DNA of 64,000 nt from an uncultured Gammaproteobacteria bacterium (GTDB lineage Bacteria; Pseudomonadota; Gammaproteobacteria; Steroidobacterales; JABDLF01), in assembly GCA_963759075.1 (NCBI GenBank), contig CAVWXZ010000014.1, positions 9,545 through 73,544 of the forward strand. Direction: 5' to 3'. Position numbers and translations under genes: made by a program. The notes below the pieces were generated by a model, which worked only from the letters and a program-made list of their open reading frames with translations, ran no database searches and was not told the origin of the DNA. This document shows positions 33,143 through 45,754 of this stretch, in pieces. Within the stretch, counting starts at the first letter, position 1. Every line of letters begins with the position of its first letter.

Positions 33143-33614
33143 TCAGGCTTCCGCGCGCGATGGTGTTGGTACGGCGAATCTTCTTCTGCAGCTGCAGGAT
33201 GCCGTACAGCAGCGCCTCGGCAGTCGGCGGACAACCTGGCACGTAAACATCGACCGGAACGATGCGATCGCAGCCGCGCACGACCGAATATGAGTAATGG
33301 TAGTAGCCGCCACCGTTGGCGCAAGAACCCATGGAGATGACCCAGCGAGGCTCTGCCATCTGGTCGTAGACCTTGCGCAACGCCGGCGCCATCTTGTTGA
33401 CCAGCGTGCCGGCAACGATCATGACATCGGACTGGCGCGGACTCGGCCGGAAAAGAATGCCGAATCGATCGAGGTCATAGCGGGAGGCGCCGGCCTGCAT
33501 CATCTCGACCGCGCAACAGGCCAGTCCAAAGGTCATTGGCCACATGGAACCGGTGCGCGCCCAGTTGATGAATTTGTCCAGGGAGGTCGTGTGCACCTGC
33601 CCGGCGGCAGCCAT
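33143..33614 (-). CDS. nuoB: NADH-quinone oxidoreductase subunit B (3' end approximate)
   Basis: [29 protein letters not shown]...[35 protein letters not shown]...[13 protein letters not shown]. Confidence 0.9.
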
Positions 33615-33623
33615 CTCAGCGCG

Positions 33624-33980
33624 CTAATCCCATTCGAGCGCCCCTTTCTTCCACTCATAGACGAAGCCGACGACCAGGATGCCGAGAAAGACCGCCATCG
33701 ACAGCAGCCCGAACAGACCAATCTGGTCCAGGACCACCGCCCACGGAAACAGGAAGGCGATTTCCAGATCGAAAATAATGAACAGAATCGCCACGAGGTA
33801 ATAGCGCACGTCGAATTTCATGCGTGAGTCTTCGAACGGCTCGAAGCCACACTCATAGGGCGAGAGTTTCTCATCGTCCGGGCGATTGGGACCAAACAGC
33901 CAGCCCAATCCCAGCAGCAACAGCCCAAAAAAACTGCCCACCAGGATAAAGATGAGAATCGGCAAGTATTCCTGCAGCAT
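33624..33980 (-). CDS. nuoA: NADH-quinone oxidoreductase subunit A
   Basis: [15 protein letters not shown]...[43 protein letters not shown]. Confidence 0.9.
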   Translation of the reverse strand: MLQEYLPILIFILVGSFFGLLLLGLGWLFGPNRPDDEKLSPYECGFEPFEDSRMKFDVRYYLVAILFIIFDLEIAFLFPWAVVLDQIGLFGLLSMAVFLGILVVGFVYEWKKGALEWD

Positions 33981-34085
33981 CCTATCTTCCGTTTTTCTTG
34001 CATGGGATAGCACGATCGCTATCCCGGATTATTACGAATTGCCCGGAATCCGGATGATTATATCGCTATCCGGAGTTTGCTTGTC

Positions 34086-34170
34086 TGGTGCCGATGGCCG
34101 GACTCGAACCGGCACGGCTTTCGCCACTGCCCCCTCAAGACAGCGTGTCTACCAATTCCACCACATCGGC
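34086..34170 (-). tRNA. leuU: tRNA-Leu (anticodon GAG)
   Basis: Minus strand reads GCCGATGTGGTGGAATTGGTAGACACGCTGTCTTGAGGGGGCAGTGGCGAAAGCCGTGCCGGTTCGAGTCCGGCCATCGGCACCA. It has a long variable arm and anticodon loop TTGAGGG. secG-leuU adjacency matches E. coli. Confidence 0.95.
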
Positions 34171-34188
34171 TGTTTTTGTATTAGCCGG

Positions 34189-34551
34189 TCAGCCCCCGTC
34201 GCTCGGAGGCTGAACCACCGGTAACTCGTCATCGGCCCCTTCGCCCGGCATGGGCACGAGATCCACTGACTCAGTGGTCTGGGCCGGCACCGACTCAAGA
34301 ATGCTCTGGGATGCCGTGCGCCTGGCTGCCAGATTGGCAAGCACCAGGCTGTTCATAATGAACAAGGTCGCCAGCACCGCCGTGGTTCGACTCAGGAAAT
34401 TGGCCGACCCGGCCGCACCGAAAACTGTTCCCGATGCGCCTGCGCCGAAGGCGGCACCCGCCTCCGCGCCCTTGCCACGCTGCAGCAGGATCAGCCCGAT
34501 CAGCAGCGCGGCCATCAGAACCTGGGATATCAATAAAACTGTATGTAGCAT
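34189..34551 (-). CDS. secG: preprotein translocase subunit SecG
   Basis: Intact 120 aa, MLHTVLLISQVLMAALLIGLILLQRGKGAEAGAAFGAGASGTVFGAAGSANFLSRTT. Confidence 0.9.
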   Translation of the reverse strand: MLHTVLLISQVLMAALLIGLILLQRGKGAEAGAAFGAGASGTVFGAAGSANFLSRTTAVLATLFIMNSLVLANLAARRTASQSILESVPAQTTESVDLVPMPGEGADDELPVVQPPSDGG

Positions 34552-34580
34552 TTCAGACCTGCGTTTCTGTAAAAACGATG

Positions 34581-35329
34581 TCAGGCAGCATTGACGATTG
34601 CGAGGAAGTCATCGCTTTTCAGCGAAGCCCCGCCTATCAGGCCACCGTCGACATCCGGCATGGAAAAAATCTCGGCAGCGTTGCCCGGCTTGACGCTGCC
34701 GCCATAGAGAATCCTGAGCGAATCAGCTATTTTAGCATCCTTCGCCGCCACAGTTCGCCTGATAAATTCATGGACTTCCTGCGCCTGGCCGGCGTCGCCG
34801 TGAGACCTGTGCCAATCGCCCAGACGGGCTCATAGGCCAGCACGGCTTTCTTCAGGGCTCCGACGCCTGCCAGCTCCAGCAGCGCACCCAGCTGCCGCGC
34901 GACCACCGCCTCGGTGTGGCCGGCCTCCCGCTCCTCCAGCGTTTCGCCAACGCACAGCACCGGAACCAGCCCGGCGGCCTGAGCCGCAACAAACTTGGCC
35001 GCCACTGCGCTGTCCGTTTCAGCGTACAAAGCGCGGCGCTCGGAATGTCCCACCAGCACATACTGACAGCCAACGTCAGTCAGCATCCCAGCTGCGATCT
35101 CGCCCGTGAAGGCGCCCTCCGGCTTGTCGCTGACGTTCTGCGCGCCCAGTGCGACGGGCGTGCCGGAGACCAGCGTCGCCGCGGCCTGCAGATAGATATA
35201 AGCGGGGCAAACGAGGACTTCAGCGGAGGTTTCGCGGCTGACGCCCGCAACAACCGCACCCAGCAGCTGCTCCAGCTGCGCCCGGGACCCGTGCATTTTC
35301 CAGTTACCAGCGACCATTGGCCTTCTCAT
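34581..35329 (-). CDS. tpiA: triosephosphate isomerase (one frame break near 34800)
   Basis: [15 protein letters not shown]...VLVGHSERR...[11 protein letters not shown]. The corrected tail reads ...[16 protein letters not shown]...[24 protein letters not shown]. Confidence 0.9.
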
Positions 35330-35405
35330 ACGAGTTCTCCAGGCAAAAAATTGCGCGCCAGCTTAAACGGCACGTCTTAGCAAAGCAACGCAGGCAAGCA
35401 CATTC

Positions 35406-36750
35406 CTACGCAGCGCTGCGCGCCGCGGTACGCACCGCGTCCGCAATGAGGCCGGCCAGCTCGTCGACCAGACTCTCATCCTGGCCTTCCACCATCACCC
35501 TGATCACCGGTTCGGTGCCGGAAGGCCGCAGCACAATGCGTCCCGTCTCTGCCAGCCGGCTCTCGGCCTGGGCCACCGCGGTAGCCACCACCGGCGAGCT
35601 GCCGAGGTCGACGCGCTGGCTGATCGAAACGTTGATCAGTTTCTGGGGGTAGCGCGCCATACCGCTGCACAGCTCTGCCAGCGTCTGCCCGGACCGGCGC
35701 AGCGCTGCGAGTACCTGCAACGCGCTGACGATGCCATCCCCGGTCGTCGTCTTGTCGAGACACAGGATGTGACCGGACGTCTCCCCACCGAGGATGCCGC
35801 CGTGAATGCGCAGCATCTCGAGCACATGCCGATCACCCACCCGGGCGCGCATGAACTCCACTTCCGACCTGAGCAACGCATGTTCGAGGCCCAGGTTGCT
35901 CATTACTGTTCCAACCACCGGTCCAACCAGGGTGCCCGCAGCGGCATGCGCCATGGCCAGCACGAACAACAGCTGGTCGCCGTCCACCAGCTCGCCGAGA
36001 TGATTCACCATGACCAGGCGGTCGCCGTCACCGTCCAGCGCGATACCCAGATCAGCCCTGCACGCCCTTGACCGTCAGCTGGAGGAGCTCGGGATGCGTA
36101 GAGCCGGCATCTGCATTGATATTCCGTCCGTTGGGCGAACAGCCAATCGGGATCAGCTCGGCGCCCAGATCGGCCATCACTCTTGGCGCTGCTTTGTAGG
36201 CAGCCCCGTGCGCGCAATCAAGCACGATCTTCAGGCCGACGAGATCCAGGTCTTTCGGAAAGGTTTCCTTGCAATGCTCCTTGTAAGTATCAACCGCTTT
36301 GGTGATGCGCACCGCGCGCCCAAGTTCGGCAGAGTCCCGGGTGATGATCGGCTCTTCGATCAGTGCCTCGATTTGCGCTTCCTGCTCGTCAGAGAGCTTG
36401 GCGCCGTTCCCGTCAAAGAACTTGATGCCGTTGTCGAAGTAGGGATTGTGGGAAGCACTGATGACAACGCCGAGATCGGCGCCCAGCAGCTGCGTAAAAT
36501 ACGCGATGCCCGGAGTCGGCAACGGACCAAGCAAGCGGACGTTGGCGCCCCCGGCCACGAAGCCGGCTTCCAGGGCCGCCTCGAACATGTAGCCGGATAC
36601 CCGGGTGTCCTTGCCGATGACCACCGTGCCACCGTCAGGCATCAACACCCGTGCTGCAGCGCTGGCCATGCGCATCGCAAAATCCACGGTCATCGGCCGC
36701 TGGCCGACTCTGCCCCTCACGCCGTCCGTTCCGAAGTACTTGCGGGTCAT
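35406..36750 (-). CDS. glmM: phosphoglucosamine mutase (one frame break near 36010-36060)
   Basis: [17 protein letters not shown]...[19 protein letters not shown] (active-site Ser) in ORF 36052..36792. The C-terminal half is in 35406..36011. Confidence 0.9.
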
Positions 36751-36754
36751 AATC

Positions 36755-37618
36755 TCACTCCATCCGTTTGCACGCGGCCCTGGCCGCGGCAATGACCTTC
36801 AGGGCGTCACGGGTCTCCGCGACGTCATGGACACGGATTATATGCGCTCCCAGCCAGGCAGACAGGCTGGCGGCTGCCAGGCTCCCGGCCAGCCGCTCAG
36901 TCACCGGTTGATCCAGCAGGGTGCCCAGCATGGACTTGCGCGAAATACCCACGAGAATCGGGTAGCCCTGGCTTGTGAAGCGGTCCAGCTGACCCAGCAG
37001 GGCCAGATTATGTTCAATGCGCTTGCCAAAGCCGAAGCCCGGGTCCAGCACGATCCTGCTGCGGCTGATGCCTGCCTCTTCACAGACCCCCGCCCGGCCA
37101 AGCAGGAATGCCAGGACATCTTCCAGCACATTTTCATACCGGGGACTGTCCTGCATGGACCTGGGCGCCCCCTGCATATGCATGAGACAAACCGCCAGAC
37201 CGCTTTCAGCCGCCGCCTGCAGCGCCTGATCCTCGCGCAGGGCACGCACGTCATTGATCATCGCGGCGCCTGCGGTCGCGGCGGCCGTCATGATCTCGGC
37301 CTTGCTGGTATCGACCGAAACAAGCACACCCTCAGACGCCACCGCTTCAATCACCGGCAGCACCCGATCGAGTTCCTGCTGGACGCTGACCGGCAGCGCC
37401 CCCGGCCGCGTGGACTCGCCGCCAATATCAACAATGGCCGCGCCCTCAGCAGCCAGTTTCAGCGCGTGCGCTATGGCGCGTTCAGGAGCGTGGTAATTAC
37501 CACCATCAGAGAATGAATCGGGCGTCACGTTGACGACGCCCATGACACGGGGGGTATCCAGGGCGAGTTGGCGGCCGGCCCCCATCTCCAGCACCGGCGA
37601 GTCCTCCCGCGTACTCAC
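36755..37618 (-). CDS. folP: dihydropteroate synthase
   Basis: Intact 287 aa, [16 protein letters not shown]...[13 protein letters not shown]...DPGFGFGK...SRKSMLG. Confidence 0.9.
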   Translation of the reverse strand: MSTREDSPVLEMGAGRQLALDTPRVMGVVNVTPDSFSDGGNYHAPERAIAHALKLAAEGAAIVDIGGESTRPGALPVSVQQELDRVLPVIEAVASEGVLVSVDTSKAEIMTAAATAGAAMINDVRALREDQALQAAAESGLAVCLMHMQGAPRSMQDSPRYENVLEDVLAFLLGRAGVCEEAGISRSRIVLDPGFGFGKRIEHNLALLGQLDRFTSQGYPILVGISRKSMLGTLLDQPVTERLAGSLAAASLSAWLGAHIIRVHDVAETRDALKVIAAARAACKRME

Positions 37619-37700
37619 GCAGCGCCCTTAAGAGGCTGTAACGCGAAACGACAGCCTTGCAAGGGCTGCCGTTTCACTTCTTGCCAGCAGTAACCGCTGC

Positions 37701-39644
37701 TCAATGCTGGCTGGCGGGCCCGCCTACCTTACTTTCCGAACCGCTGTCAGGTCCCGCTGCAGGCGACGCCTTGCCGCCCTTGTCGCCGGGATCCGTCTCG
37801 GTCCAGTTTCTGGGTGGATCCGGGTCGCGCCCTTCCATGATCTGCTTGATCTGAAACTCATCGATCGTTTCGTATTTCATGAGCGCATCAGACATCAGCT
37901 GCAATTTGTCTCTGTTGTCCTCGAGAATCTGGCGGGCATGCGAATAGTTACGATCTATCAGCGCGCGAATCTCCTCGTCAATGATATGGGCCGTAACGTC
38001 AGACACCTGCTTGTGCTGAGTGACCGAGCGGCCGAGGAACAGCTCACCGTCGTCCTCAGAATAAGTGAGCGGCCCGAGCTTTTCCGACAAGCCCCACTTG
38101 GTGACCATGTTGCGAGCAATGTCGGTGGCCCGTTCGATGTCATTCGACGCTCCGGTGGTCACTGCTTCAGGGCCGAAGATCATCTCTTCCGCAATGCGTC
38201 CGCCGAACAGACTGGCGATCTGGCTTTCAAGACGCCGCTTGCTATGGCTGTAGCGATCCTGCTCCGGCAGGAACATGGTGACACCCAGCGCCCGTCCGCG
38301 CGGCATGATGCTGACTTTATAAACCGGATCGTGCTCGGGCACGGTAAGCCCCACGATGGCATGTCCAGCTTCGTGAAAAGCCGTCAGCTTTTTCTCGTCT
38401 TCGCTCATCACCATCGAACGGCGCTCGGCGCCCATCATGATCTTGTCTTTGGCCTTTTCAAACTCATGCATTGACACCACGCGCTTGTTCGCCCGCGCAG
38501 CGAACAGGGCCGCTTCGTTCACCAGGTTGGCGAGATCAGCCCCGGAAAAGCCCGGCGTACCTCGCGCGATGATCGAGGGATTGACGTCGTCGTCAATGGG
38601 TACCTTGCGCATGTGCACCTTAAGAATCTGTTCGCGTCCGCGCACGTCCGGCAGCGGCACAACCACCTGGCGGTCGAAGCGCCCGGGCCGCAGCAGAGCC
38701 GGATCAAGCACATCGGGTCTGTTGGTAGCCGCGATCACGATGACGCCTTCGTTACCTTCGAAGCCATCCATTTCCACCAGCAGCTGGTTGAGCGTCTGTT
38801 CACGCTCGTCATGTCCGCCGCCAAGTCCGGCGCCACGATGTCGTCCTACGGCATCGATTTCGTCTATGAAAATGATACAAGGCGCGTGCTTCTTGGCCTG
38901 TTCAAACATGTCCCTCACACGCGAGGCACCGACACCCACGAACATTTCGACGAAGTCTGAGCCCGAAATAGTGAAAAAGGGCACCTTGGCCTCGCCCGCG
39001 ATCGCGCGCGCCAGCAGGGTCTTACCGGTTCCTGGAGAGCCGACCATGAGTACACCGCGCGGTATCTTCCCGCCCAGGCGCTGAAACTTGCTCGGGTCTT
39101 TAAGGAATTCAACGATTTCGCTGACTTCTTCCTTCGCTTCCTCCACACCCGCCACATCATTAAAAGTAACCGTCACCTGGTCTTCGCCCAGCAGGCGAGC
39201 CTTACTCTTGCCGAAGGACATCGCGCCGCGCCCACCGGCGCCGCCCTGCATCTGGCGCATGAAATACACCCATACGCCTATCAGCAGCAGGATCGGGAAA
39301 GACGAGAGGAAAAGCTGAACGAGGAACGACTGGCCCTGCTCAGGTTGCCCGCGGAAAATAACGTTGTTCTTGCGCAGGTCGCCGACCAACGCACTGTTGT
39401 TTGATTCCAGGTTGTAAGTCGAGAAAGGCTCGCCATTTTTCAGCTTGCCCGTGATCCGTTCGCCGTTAAAAACCACTTCGGCCACGTTGCCCTGTTCGAC
39501 TTCGTCAAGGAAACGCGAATATTGCCAGTCACTGACCTGAGTGCTGGTCGGCGCGAAGCTCTGAAATACGGATAAAAGGACCACCGCAATAATGATCCAG
39601 AGAATAATATTTTTAGTGAAATCGTTCAAAGAGCACCTCTGCAA
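37701..39644 (-). CDS. ftsH: ATP-dependent zinc metalloprotease FtsH
   Basis: Intact. GPPGTGKT-type Walker A ([19 protein letters not shown]), [11 protein letters not shown], and zinc motif HEAGHAIVG. The true start may be TTG at 39629 ([11 protein letters not shown]) behind GAGGTG. Confidence 0.95.
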   Translation of the reverse strand: MQRCSLNDFTKNIILWIIIAVVLLSVFQSFAPTSTQVSDWQYSRFLDEVEQGNVAEVVFNGERITGKLKNGEPFSTYNLESNNSALVGDLRKNNVIFRGQPEQGQSFLVQLFLSSFPILLLIGVWVYFMRQMQGGAGGRGAMSFGKSKARLLGEDQVTVTFNDVAGVEEAKEEVSEIVEFLKDPSKFQRLGGKIPRGVLMVGSPGTGKTLLARAIAGEAKVPFFTISGSDFVEMFVGVGASRVRDMFEQAKKHAPCIIFIDEIDAVGRHRGAGLGGGHDEREQTLNQLLVEMDGFEGNEGVIVIAATNRPDVLDPALLRPGRFDRQVVVPLPDVRGREQILKVHMRKVPIDDDVNPSIIARGTPGFSGADLANLVNEAALFAARANKRVVSMHEFEKAKDKIMMGAERRSMVMSEDEKKLTAFHEAGHAIVGLTVPEHDPVYKVSIMPRGRALGVTMFLPEQDRYSHSKRRLESQIASLFGGRIAEEMIFGPEAVTTGASNDIERATDIARNMVTKWGLSEKLGPLTYSEDDGELFLGRSVTQHKQVSDVTAHIIDEEIRALIDRNYSHARQILEDNRDKLQLMSDALMKYETIDEFQIKQIMEGRDPDPPRNWTETDPGDKGGKASPAAGPDSGSESKVGGPASQH

Positions 39645-39670
39645 AAGGATCCTGTGTCCTCGTCAGAACA

Positions 39671-40297
39671 CTATATCACGCGTAAGTTTCGTCCCAGGAC
39701 GTAGACTTCGCGACTGCGCGGGCGCGAAGCCCTGGGTTTTCGAATACGGGTCTCATCAAAATGGCTGCGCACCGCCTCCACGAAAGCCTGTGATCCCTCG
39801 CCCTGAAACACCTTGACCAGCAGCGCCCCGCCAGGCGTCAGCACCTGTTTGGCAAAATCCAGCGCGAGCTCTGCAAGGTACATGGCCCGCGGCTGATCGA
39901 CAGCCTTCACGCCACTGATATTGGGGGCCATGTCCGACATTACAAGGTCTACCGGCTGACCGCCGAGCAGTTCCTCGAGGGCGCCCAGCGACGCCTGCTC
40001 GGTAAAATCGCCCTCGATAAACGTCACGCCGTCCAGTTCGGGCATCTCCAGCACGTCCAGAGCAATGACCCGTCCTCGCCGACCCACTTTGCTCACTGCA
40101 TACTGGCTCCAGCCACCCGGAGCCGCACCAAGATCGACCACAATCATACCCGGCCTCAGCAAGCGATCACGTTCATCGATCTCAGATAACTTGTACACGG
40201 CCCGGGATCGCCAGCCGTCCAGCGCCGCCTGGCGAACGAATTCGTCGCGCTCATGCTCGGCGAGCCAACGGCCGCTGCTCTTGCTGCGTTTTGCCAT
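39671..40297 (-). CDS. rlmE: 23S rRNA (uridine2552-2'-O)-methyltransferase RlmE/FtsJ
   Basis: Intact 208 aa, [37 protein letters not shown]...VMSDMAPN. Confidence 0.9.
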   Translation of the reverse strand: MAKRSKSSGRWLAEHERDEFVRQAALDGWRSRAVYKLSEIDERDRLLRPGMIVVDLGAAPGGWSQYAVSKVGRRGRVIALDVLEMPELDGVTFIEGDFTEQASLGALEELLGGQPVDLVMSDMAPNISGVKAVDQPRAMYLAELALDFAKQVLTPGGALLVKVFQGEGSQAFVEAVRSHFDETRIRKPRASRPRSREVYVLGRNLRVI

Positions 40298-40382
40298 TTC
40301 TAGTTTCGTGGTCCTGCAACGTCGATGCTAAACTGCCGCTAAGTCCGCATTATAAAACAGATTAGATATATTATATAAATTT

Positions 40383-40679
40383 ATGATTTTAAACGATAAA
40401 CAAACAAAGTATCTTCGCAAGAAAGGCCACGCTCTCAAGCCTGTCGTACGAATCGGCAACGCCGGTCTCAGCGAGGCGGTCATCAAGGAACTGGACCTGG
40501 CTTTGGAGCATCACGAGTTGATCAAGGTCAAAACGCCGTCGGCGGACAAAGGTGCCAGGGACGCGTTGATCGAGACATTATGTGAAAAAACCGAGGCCGC
40601 ACTGGTGCAGAAAATTGGCCACGTTGCGCTGGTTTACAGGCCCGCAAAGCAGCCGCCCAGAATGGTCCTGCCCGCCTGA
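40383..40679 (+). CDS. yhbY: RNA-binding protein YhbY (CRM domain)
   Basis: Intact 98 aa, LNDKQTKYLRKKGHALKPVVRIGNAGLSEAVIKELDLALEHHELIKVK. Divergent from rlmE, as in E. coli. Confidence 0.85.
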   Translation: MILNDKQTKYLRKKGHALKPVVRIGNAGLSEAVIKELDLALEHHELIKVKTPSADKGARDALIETLCEKTEAALVQKIGHVALVYRPAKQPPRMVLPA

Positions 40680-40689
40680 TTTCAGTGCC

Positions 40690-41166
40690 TCAGATATATT
40701 CGACCTTCACGACCTCGTAGTTCTTAACGCCGCCCGGCGCCTGCACCTCCGCCACGTCGCCCTCTTCCTTGCCGATCAAGGCACGCGCAATCGGGGATCC
40801 GATTGAGATCAGGCCAGTTGGAATATTTGCTTCATCCTCGCCGACCAGCTGATACGTCACCTCTTCGCCGGTGTCTTCGTCGGCCAGGTGTACGGTCGAG
40901 CCAAACACTATCCGCCCTCCGGCATTCAGCGCGGTGACGTCGATAATCTGGGCATGCGAAAGCTTGTATTCAATGTCCTTGATGCGCCCTTCGATGAAGC
41001 CCTGCTGCTCCTTGGCGGCATGGTATTCGGCATTTTCCTTGAGATCGCCGTGCGCGCGAGCCTCGGCAATCGCCGTGACTACCCGCGGCCTGTCCACACT
41101 CTTGAGGCGCTTAAGTTCTTCGCGCAGCTGCCCGGCGCCGCGCGCCGTCAGGGGATGCTTCTTCAT
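40690..41166 (-). CDS. greA: transcription elongation factor GreA
   Basis: [62 protein letters not shown]. The ATG overlaps the carB TGA. Confidence 0.9.
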   Translation of the reverse strand: MKKHPLTARGAGQLREELKRLKSVDRPRVVTAIAEARAHGDLKENAEYHAAKEQQGFIEGRIKDIEYKLSHAQIIDVTALNAGGRIVFGSTVHLADEDTGEEVTYQLVGEDEANIPTGLISIGSPIARALIGKEEGDVAEVQAPGGVKNYEVVKVEYI

Positions 41167-44100
41167 GCCACCAGCTCCTGGTGCAGGTCCTGAAGACGGT
41201 TGACCTCGGCCGAGTCCAGATAGTCGAGCGCCACGCAACCTGCGAGCGCCCCTGCAACCGTTGTGTAATAGGGAATCGAGCCGCGCACAGCGTCGCGACG
41301 AATCGCATGCGACTCATTGATAGCCTGCTTGCCTTCGGTGGTATTGATAATCAGATCGATCTCGCCATTCTTGATCAGGTCAACGATATGCGGGCGGCCC
41401 TCGCGAACCTTGTTGATCCGCTGGCATGCCACCCCGGCTTCGGTCAGCGCCTGCGCCGTACCGTGTGTAGCTATCAGTTCATAGCCGCGTCCCGTCAGCA
41501 GTCTCGCCAGCTCAATTGCCTGTGGCTTGTCACGATCACGCACGCTGAGTATGACCTTGCCCTGCATCGGCAGCAATATTCCCGATGCCTGACGGGCCTT
41601 GGCATAGGCCTCACCGAACGAGCGGCCGGTCCCCATAACCTCGCCCGTAGACTTCATCTCGGGCCCGAGAATAGGATCTGCTCCGGGGAATTTCTGAAAA
41701 GGAAACACGGCTTCCTTCACTGAAAAATAGGTTGGCGAGCGTTGCTCAAGGTGACCCAGCTCGGCAAGCGATTTGCCGGCCATAACCTGCGCGCCAATCT
41801 TGGCCAGCGGTACCCCGATTGCTTTTGAAACAAACGGCACCGTTCGGGAGGCACGCGGATTCACTTCCAATATGTAGATCTCGCCATTCTGGATCGCGAA
41901 CTGGGTGTTCATCAGCCCGACAACCTTGAGGCCCATGGCGAGCTGCCGCACCTGTTCGGCCATTGCCTGCTGAAGTTCGGCGCTCAGGGTCACCGGTGGC
42001 AGCGAGCAGCTCGAATCTCCGGAGTGCACGCCGGCCTGCTCGATGTGCTCCATGATTCCGCCTATCAGCACATCTTTGCCATCGCAGATAGCGTCCACAT
42101 CCACCTCGACAGCCATGTCCAGAAAATGGTCCAGGAGCACAGGACTGTCGTTTGATACCCGCACCGCATTGCTGATGTATTCGGCCAGATCCTCAGGCGC
42201 GAAAACCACCTCCATGGCGCGTCCTCCGAGCACATAGGACGGACGCACCACCAGCGGATAGCCCACCTCATCGGCAAGCTTCAACGCCATGGTGGCATCT
42301 CTTACCGTGCGGTTCGCAGGCTGCCGGAGCCCGAGCCGCGTGACCAGTTGCTGGAAGCGCTCGCGATCTTCGGCAAGGTCAATGCTGTCGGGCGATGTGC
42401 CGATAATCGGCGCCCCTGCCGCCTCAAGGTCACGTGCGAGCTTCAGCGGCGTCTGGCCGCCGTAGTGAACAATCACGCCCTTGGGTTTTTCCACCTCGAT
42501 AATCGCCATCACATCTTCGAAGGTCAGCGGTTCAAAATAGAGCCTGTCGGAGATGTCAAAATCCGTAGAGACCGTCTCGGGATTGCAGTTGACCATGATG
42601 GTCTCGTAGCCATCCTCGCGCAGCGCCAGTGCCGCGTGAACGCAACAATAGTCAAACTCGATGCCCTGCCCGATCCGATTCGGGCCGCCGCCGAGAATCA
42701 TAATTTTTTCGCGGTCGCCCGGCTGCGACTCACATTCCTCTTCATAGGTGGAATACATGTAGGCGGTGGTCGTCGCAAACTCGGCGGCGCAGGTATCGAC
42801 CCGTTTGAAAACCGGATGCACGCCATGCTTCTTGCGCGCCGCGCGCACCACTGACTCGCGCACCCCGAGCAGATCTGCCAGCCTTGAATCAGCAAATCCC
42901 TTGCGTTTAAGCGCCCGCAGCCGCGGTTCATCCAGCGCTGCCAGCCCTTCTTCCGCGGTGGCCTGCTCCTCGGCCACCAGGTCGTTAATCTGGGCCAGGA
43001 ACCAGGGATCGATGCCCGTAATTGAAATGACATCCTCCATGCTCATTCCGAGGCGCAGCGCATCGGCGACGTACCAGATCCGATCGGCGCCGGGCATTCT
43101 CAGTTCCGAAATGAGATGCCGCTCACCCTCCTCATTGAGTGGCCCCTCCATGATTGGATTCAGTCCGTTCACACCCGTCTCGAGACCGCGCAGGGCTTTT
43201 TGCAGGGACTCCTGGAATGTGCGGCCGATTGCCATCACTTCACCCACCGATTTCATCTGCGTGGTGAGGCGGTCGTTGGCATCGGGAAATTTCTCGAAGG
43301 TAAAGCGCGGCACCTTGGTGACCACGTAGTCGATGGCGGGCTCAAACGACGCGGGCGTCAGCCCGCCGGTGATCTCGTTACGCAGCTCATCCAGCGTAAA
43401 GCCAACGGCCAGTTTTGCGGCCACCTTGGCGATGGGAAAGCCCGTGGCCTTGGAGGCCAGCGCGGAGGAGCGCGACACCCGGGGATTCATTTCAATCAGC
43501 AGCACACGCCCCGTTGCGGGATCGATTGCGAACTGCACGTTTGAACCACCCGTTTCAACCCCGATTTTACGCAGCACGGCAATAGAAGCGTCGCGCAGGC
43601 GCTGGTACTCCTTGTCCGTCAGCGTCTGGGCAGGGGCCACAGTTATGGAATCGCCGGTATGCACGCCCATCGGATCGAGGTTCTCGATGGCACAGACAAT
43701 GATGCAGTTGTCTTTATTGTCCCTGATGACCTCCATCTCGAATTCTTTCCAGCCGAGCACCGACTCCTCGAGCAGCACCTCAGTAGTCGGCGACAGCTCG
43801 AGCCCACGCCCGACGATCTGCTTGAATTCTTCCCGGTTGTAGGCAATCCCGCTGCCACTGCCGCCCATGGTGAATGAGGGTCTGATGATGGTTGGAAACC
43901 CGATCTGCTCCTGTACTGCGAGCGCATGATCGAGGTCCCGGACGATTATCGCCTTCGGCACTTCCAGCCCTATTTCCTGCATGGCGATCCGGAACTGCTC
44001 CCGGTCCTCAGCCATGTCGATGGCCTCCCGGCTTGCCGCAATCAGTTCCACGCCGAACTTGTCCAGGATGCCCTCGCGCACGAGGTCAAGCGCGCAGTTG

Positions 44101-44387
44101 AGCCCGGTCTGTCCGCCCATGGTCGGGAGCAGCGCATCCGGCCGCTCTTTCTCGATGACCTTTGCAACGTTGCGCCAATGCACGGGCTCGATATAGACCG
44201 CATCGGCGGTTTCCGGATCCGTCATGATGGTCGCCGGATTGGAGTTCACCAGGATGACCCGATAGCCCTCCTCACGCAGGGCCTTGCACGCCTGGGCACC
44301 CGAGTAATCGAACTCGCAGGCCTGGCCGATAATGATGGGCCCGGCTCCCAGGATCAGTACGCTGTTGATGTCATCACGCCGTGGCAT
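41163..44387 (-). CDS. carB: carbamoyl-phosphate synthase large subunit
   Basis: Intact 1074 aa, [58 protein letters not shown]. Confidence 0.95.
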   Translation of the reverse strand: MPRRDDINSVLILGAGPIIIGQACEFDYSGAQACKALREEGYRVILVNSNPATIMTDPETADAVYIEPVHWRNVAKVIEKERPDALLPTMGGQTGLNCALDLVREGILDKFGVELIAASREAIDMAEDREQFRIAMQEIGLEVPKAIIVRDLDHALAVQEQIGFPTIIRPSFTMGGSGSGIAYNREEFKQIVGRGLELSPTTEVLLEESVLGWKEFEMEVIRDNKDNCIIVCAIENLDPMGVHTGDSITVAPAQTLTDKEYQRLRDASIAVLRKIGVETGGSNVQFAIDPATGRVLLIEMNPRVSRSSALASKATGFPIAKVAAKLAVGFTLDELRNEITGGLTPASFEPAIDYVVTKVPRFTFEKFPDANDRLTTQMKSVGEVMAIGRTFQESLQKALRGLETGVNGLNPIMEGPLNEEGERHLISELRMPGADRIWYVADALRLGMSMEDVISITGIDPWFLAQINDLVAEEQATAEEGLAALDEPRLRALKRKGFADSRLADLLGVRESVVRAARKKHGVHPVFKRVDTCAAEFATTTAYMYSTYEEECESQPGDREKIMILGGGPNRIGQGIEFDYCCVHAALALREDGYETIMVNCNPETVSTDFDISDRLYFEPLTFEDVMAIIEVEKPKGVIVHYGGQTPLKLARDLEAAGAPIIGTSPDSIDLAEDRERFQQLVTRLGLRQPANRTVRDATMALKLADEVGYPLVVRPSYVLGGRAMEVVFAPEDLAEYISNAVRVSNDSPVLLDHFLDMAVEVDVDAICDGKDVLIGGIMEHIEQAGVHSGDSSCSLPPVTLSAELQQAMAEQVRQLAMGLKVVGLMNTQFAIQNGEIYILEVNPRASRTVPFVSKAIGVPLAKIGAQVMAGKSLAELGHLEQRSPTYFSVKEAVFPFQKFPGADPILGPEMKSTGEVMGTGRSFGEAYAKARQASGILLPMQGKVILSVRDRDKPQAIELARLLTGRGYELIATHGTAQALTEAGVACQRINKVREGRPHIVDLIKNGEIDLIINTTEGKQAINESHAIRRDAVRGSIPYYTTVAGALAGCVALDYLDSAEVNRLQDLHQELVA

Positions 44388-44463
44388 GTTGTCCCCATCG
44401 AGCGAAAATTCTTGATTTTTTGTTTATATTAATCAATTATTTATATTCTTTAATTAAAGTATT

Positions 44464-45615
44464 TTATGATCCAGATGCCACAAGCTGTGACTGGTGCTGC
44501 GCCATCAGGCTGACAAATCTCTCGAACAACGGACGGGCATCATGCGGTCCGGGACTGGCCTCCGGGTGCCCCTGGAACGCGATCGCCGGCCGGTCTACTC
44601 TTTCGATCCCCTGCAGCGTCCCGTCAAAGAGCGACCGATGGGTCACGCGCAGCGTGTCGGGAAGACCCTCCTCACTGACGGCAAACCCATGATTCTGGCT
44701 GGTAATCATCACCGTGCCGGTCGCCAGGTCCTGGACGGGATGGTTGGCCCCGTGATGACCGAACTTCATTTTGACCGTGCGCGCGCCGCTGGCCAGTGCA
44801 AGCAACTGAAAGCCGAGGCATATCCCGAACAGCGGGATGCCCACCGCCAGCAACTCCCTGATCGCCTTGATGGCGTAATCGCAGGCGAACGGGTCGCCGG
44901 GCCCATTGGACAGAAAAACCCCATCCGGCTGCAGCTCCAGCACGGCGCTGGCCGGCGTCTCGGCCGGCACGACGGTCACACGACAACCGTGATCGGCCAG
45001 TATGCGCAGGATATTGCGCTTGATCCCGTAGTCGTAGGCGACAACGTGCAGCTGCGCATCGACCGCGTCCCTGGGCGCCGCATGGTCCAGGTCCCATGAT
45101 CCTTCGCGCCATTCATAGGGCGCTTTGACTGAAACGACGCGCGCCAGGTCCATGCCGTTCAGGCCGGGAAAAGACCGCGCCGCCTCCAAAGCCGCCTGCT
45201 CATCAATTTCTCCGGCAACCAGGCAGGCATTCTGCGCACCTTTTTCGCGCAGGATCCGGGTCAGCTTACGGGTGTCGATGCCGGCGATGGCCACGACGCC
45301 CTGCATCTCGAGAAACTCGTCGAGTCTTTGTTCTTTTCGCCAGCTGCTTACGCCTACAGGCAAGTCCCTGATCACCAGGCCGGCGCAGCTGACGCCGCCG
45401 GATTCCATGTCTGCGGCATTGACGCCGGTGTTACCAATATGGGGATAGGTCAGCGTGACAATCTGACGGCAGTAGGACGGGTCACTCAGGATTTCCTGAT
45501 AGCCGGTCATCGCGGTGTTGAACACCACCTCGCCGACTGACTGCCCGCGCCTCCCGATGGAGGTGCCGCGAAATATGGTTCCGTCGGCCAGGACCAGTGC
45601 TGCGTCTTGCTTCAA
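44464..45615 (-). CDS. carA: carbamoyl-phosphate synthase small subunit
   Basis: Intact. Probable TTG start at 45615 ([16 protein letters not shown]) behind GGAG. Contains [34 protein letters not shown] and the glutaminase Cys motif GICLGFQLL. Confidence 0.9.
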   Translation of the reverse strand: MKQDAALVLADGTIFRGTSIGRRGQSVGEVVFNTAMTGYQEILSDPSYCRQIVTLTYPHIGNTGVNAADMESGGVSCAGLVIRDLPVGVSSWRKEQRLDEFLEMQGVVAIAGIDTRKLTRILREKGAQNACLVAGEIDEQAALEAARSFPGLNGMDLARVVSVKAPYEWREGSWDLDHAAPRDAVDAQLHVVAYDYGIKRNILRILADHGCRVTVVPAETPASAVLELQPDGVFLSNGPGDPFACDYAIKAIRELLAVGIPLFGICLGFQLLALASGARTVKMKFGHHGANHPVQDLATGTVMITSQNHGFAVSEEGLPDTLRVTHRSLFDGTLQGIERVDRPAIAFQGHPEASPGPHDARPLFERFVSLMAQHQSQLVASGS

Positions 45616-45754
45616 GCGTGACTCCGTGGCGGCTTCAGGATCGCCGCCCGCATATGCACAAAACGGGACATGTCCACCAAAGGCGACACCTCCCGTTTGC
45701 CGCCTGTCTCCTGACAGGCTCCCGGCAATTGTACTTGACCGGGATTCGAGGTGT

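Noticed and set aside
32907-33614. Apparent NuoB-NuoC fusion protein (235-aa ORF reading from NuoB straight into the NuoC N-terminus)
   Set aside because: A 1-nt shift at about 33150 gives a normal NuoB end (…TNTIAR…TGA at 33143-33145) and an ATG for nuoC at 33139. The region shows several other frame hops, so the read-through is most likely an indel artefact.
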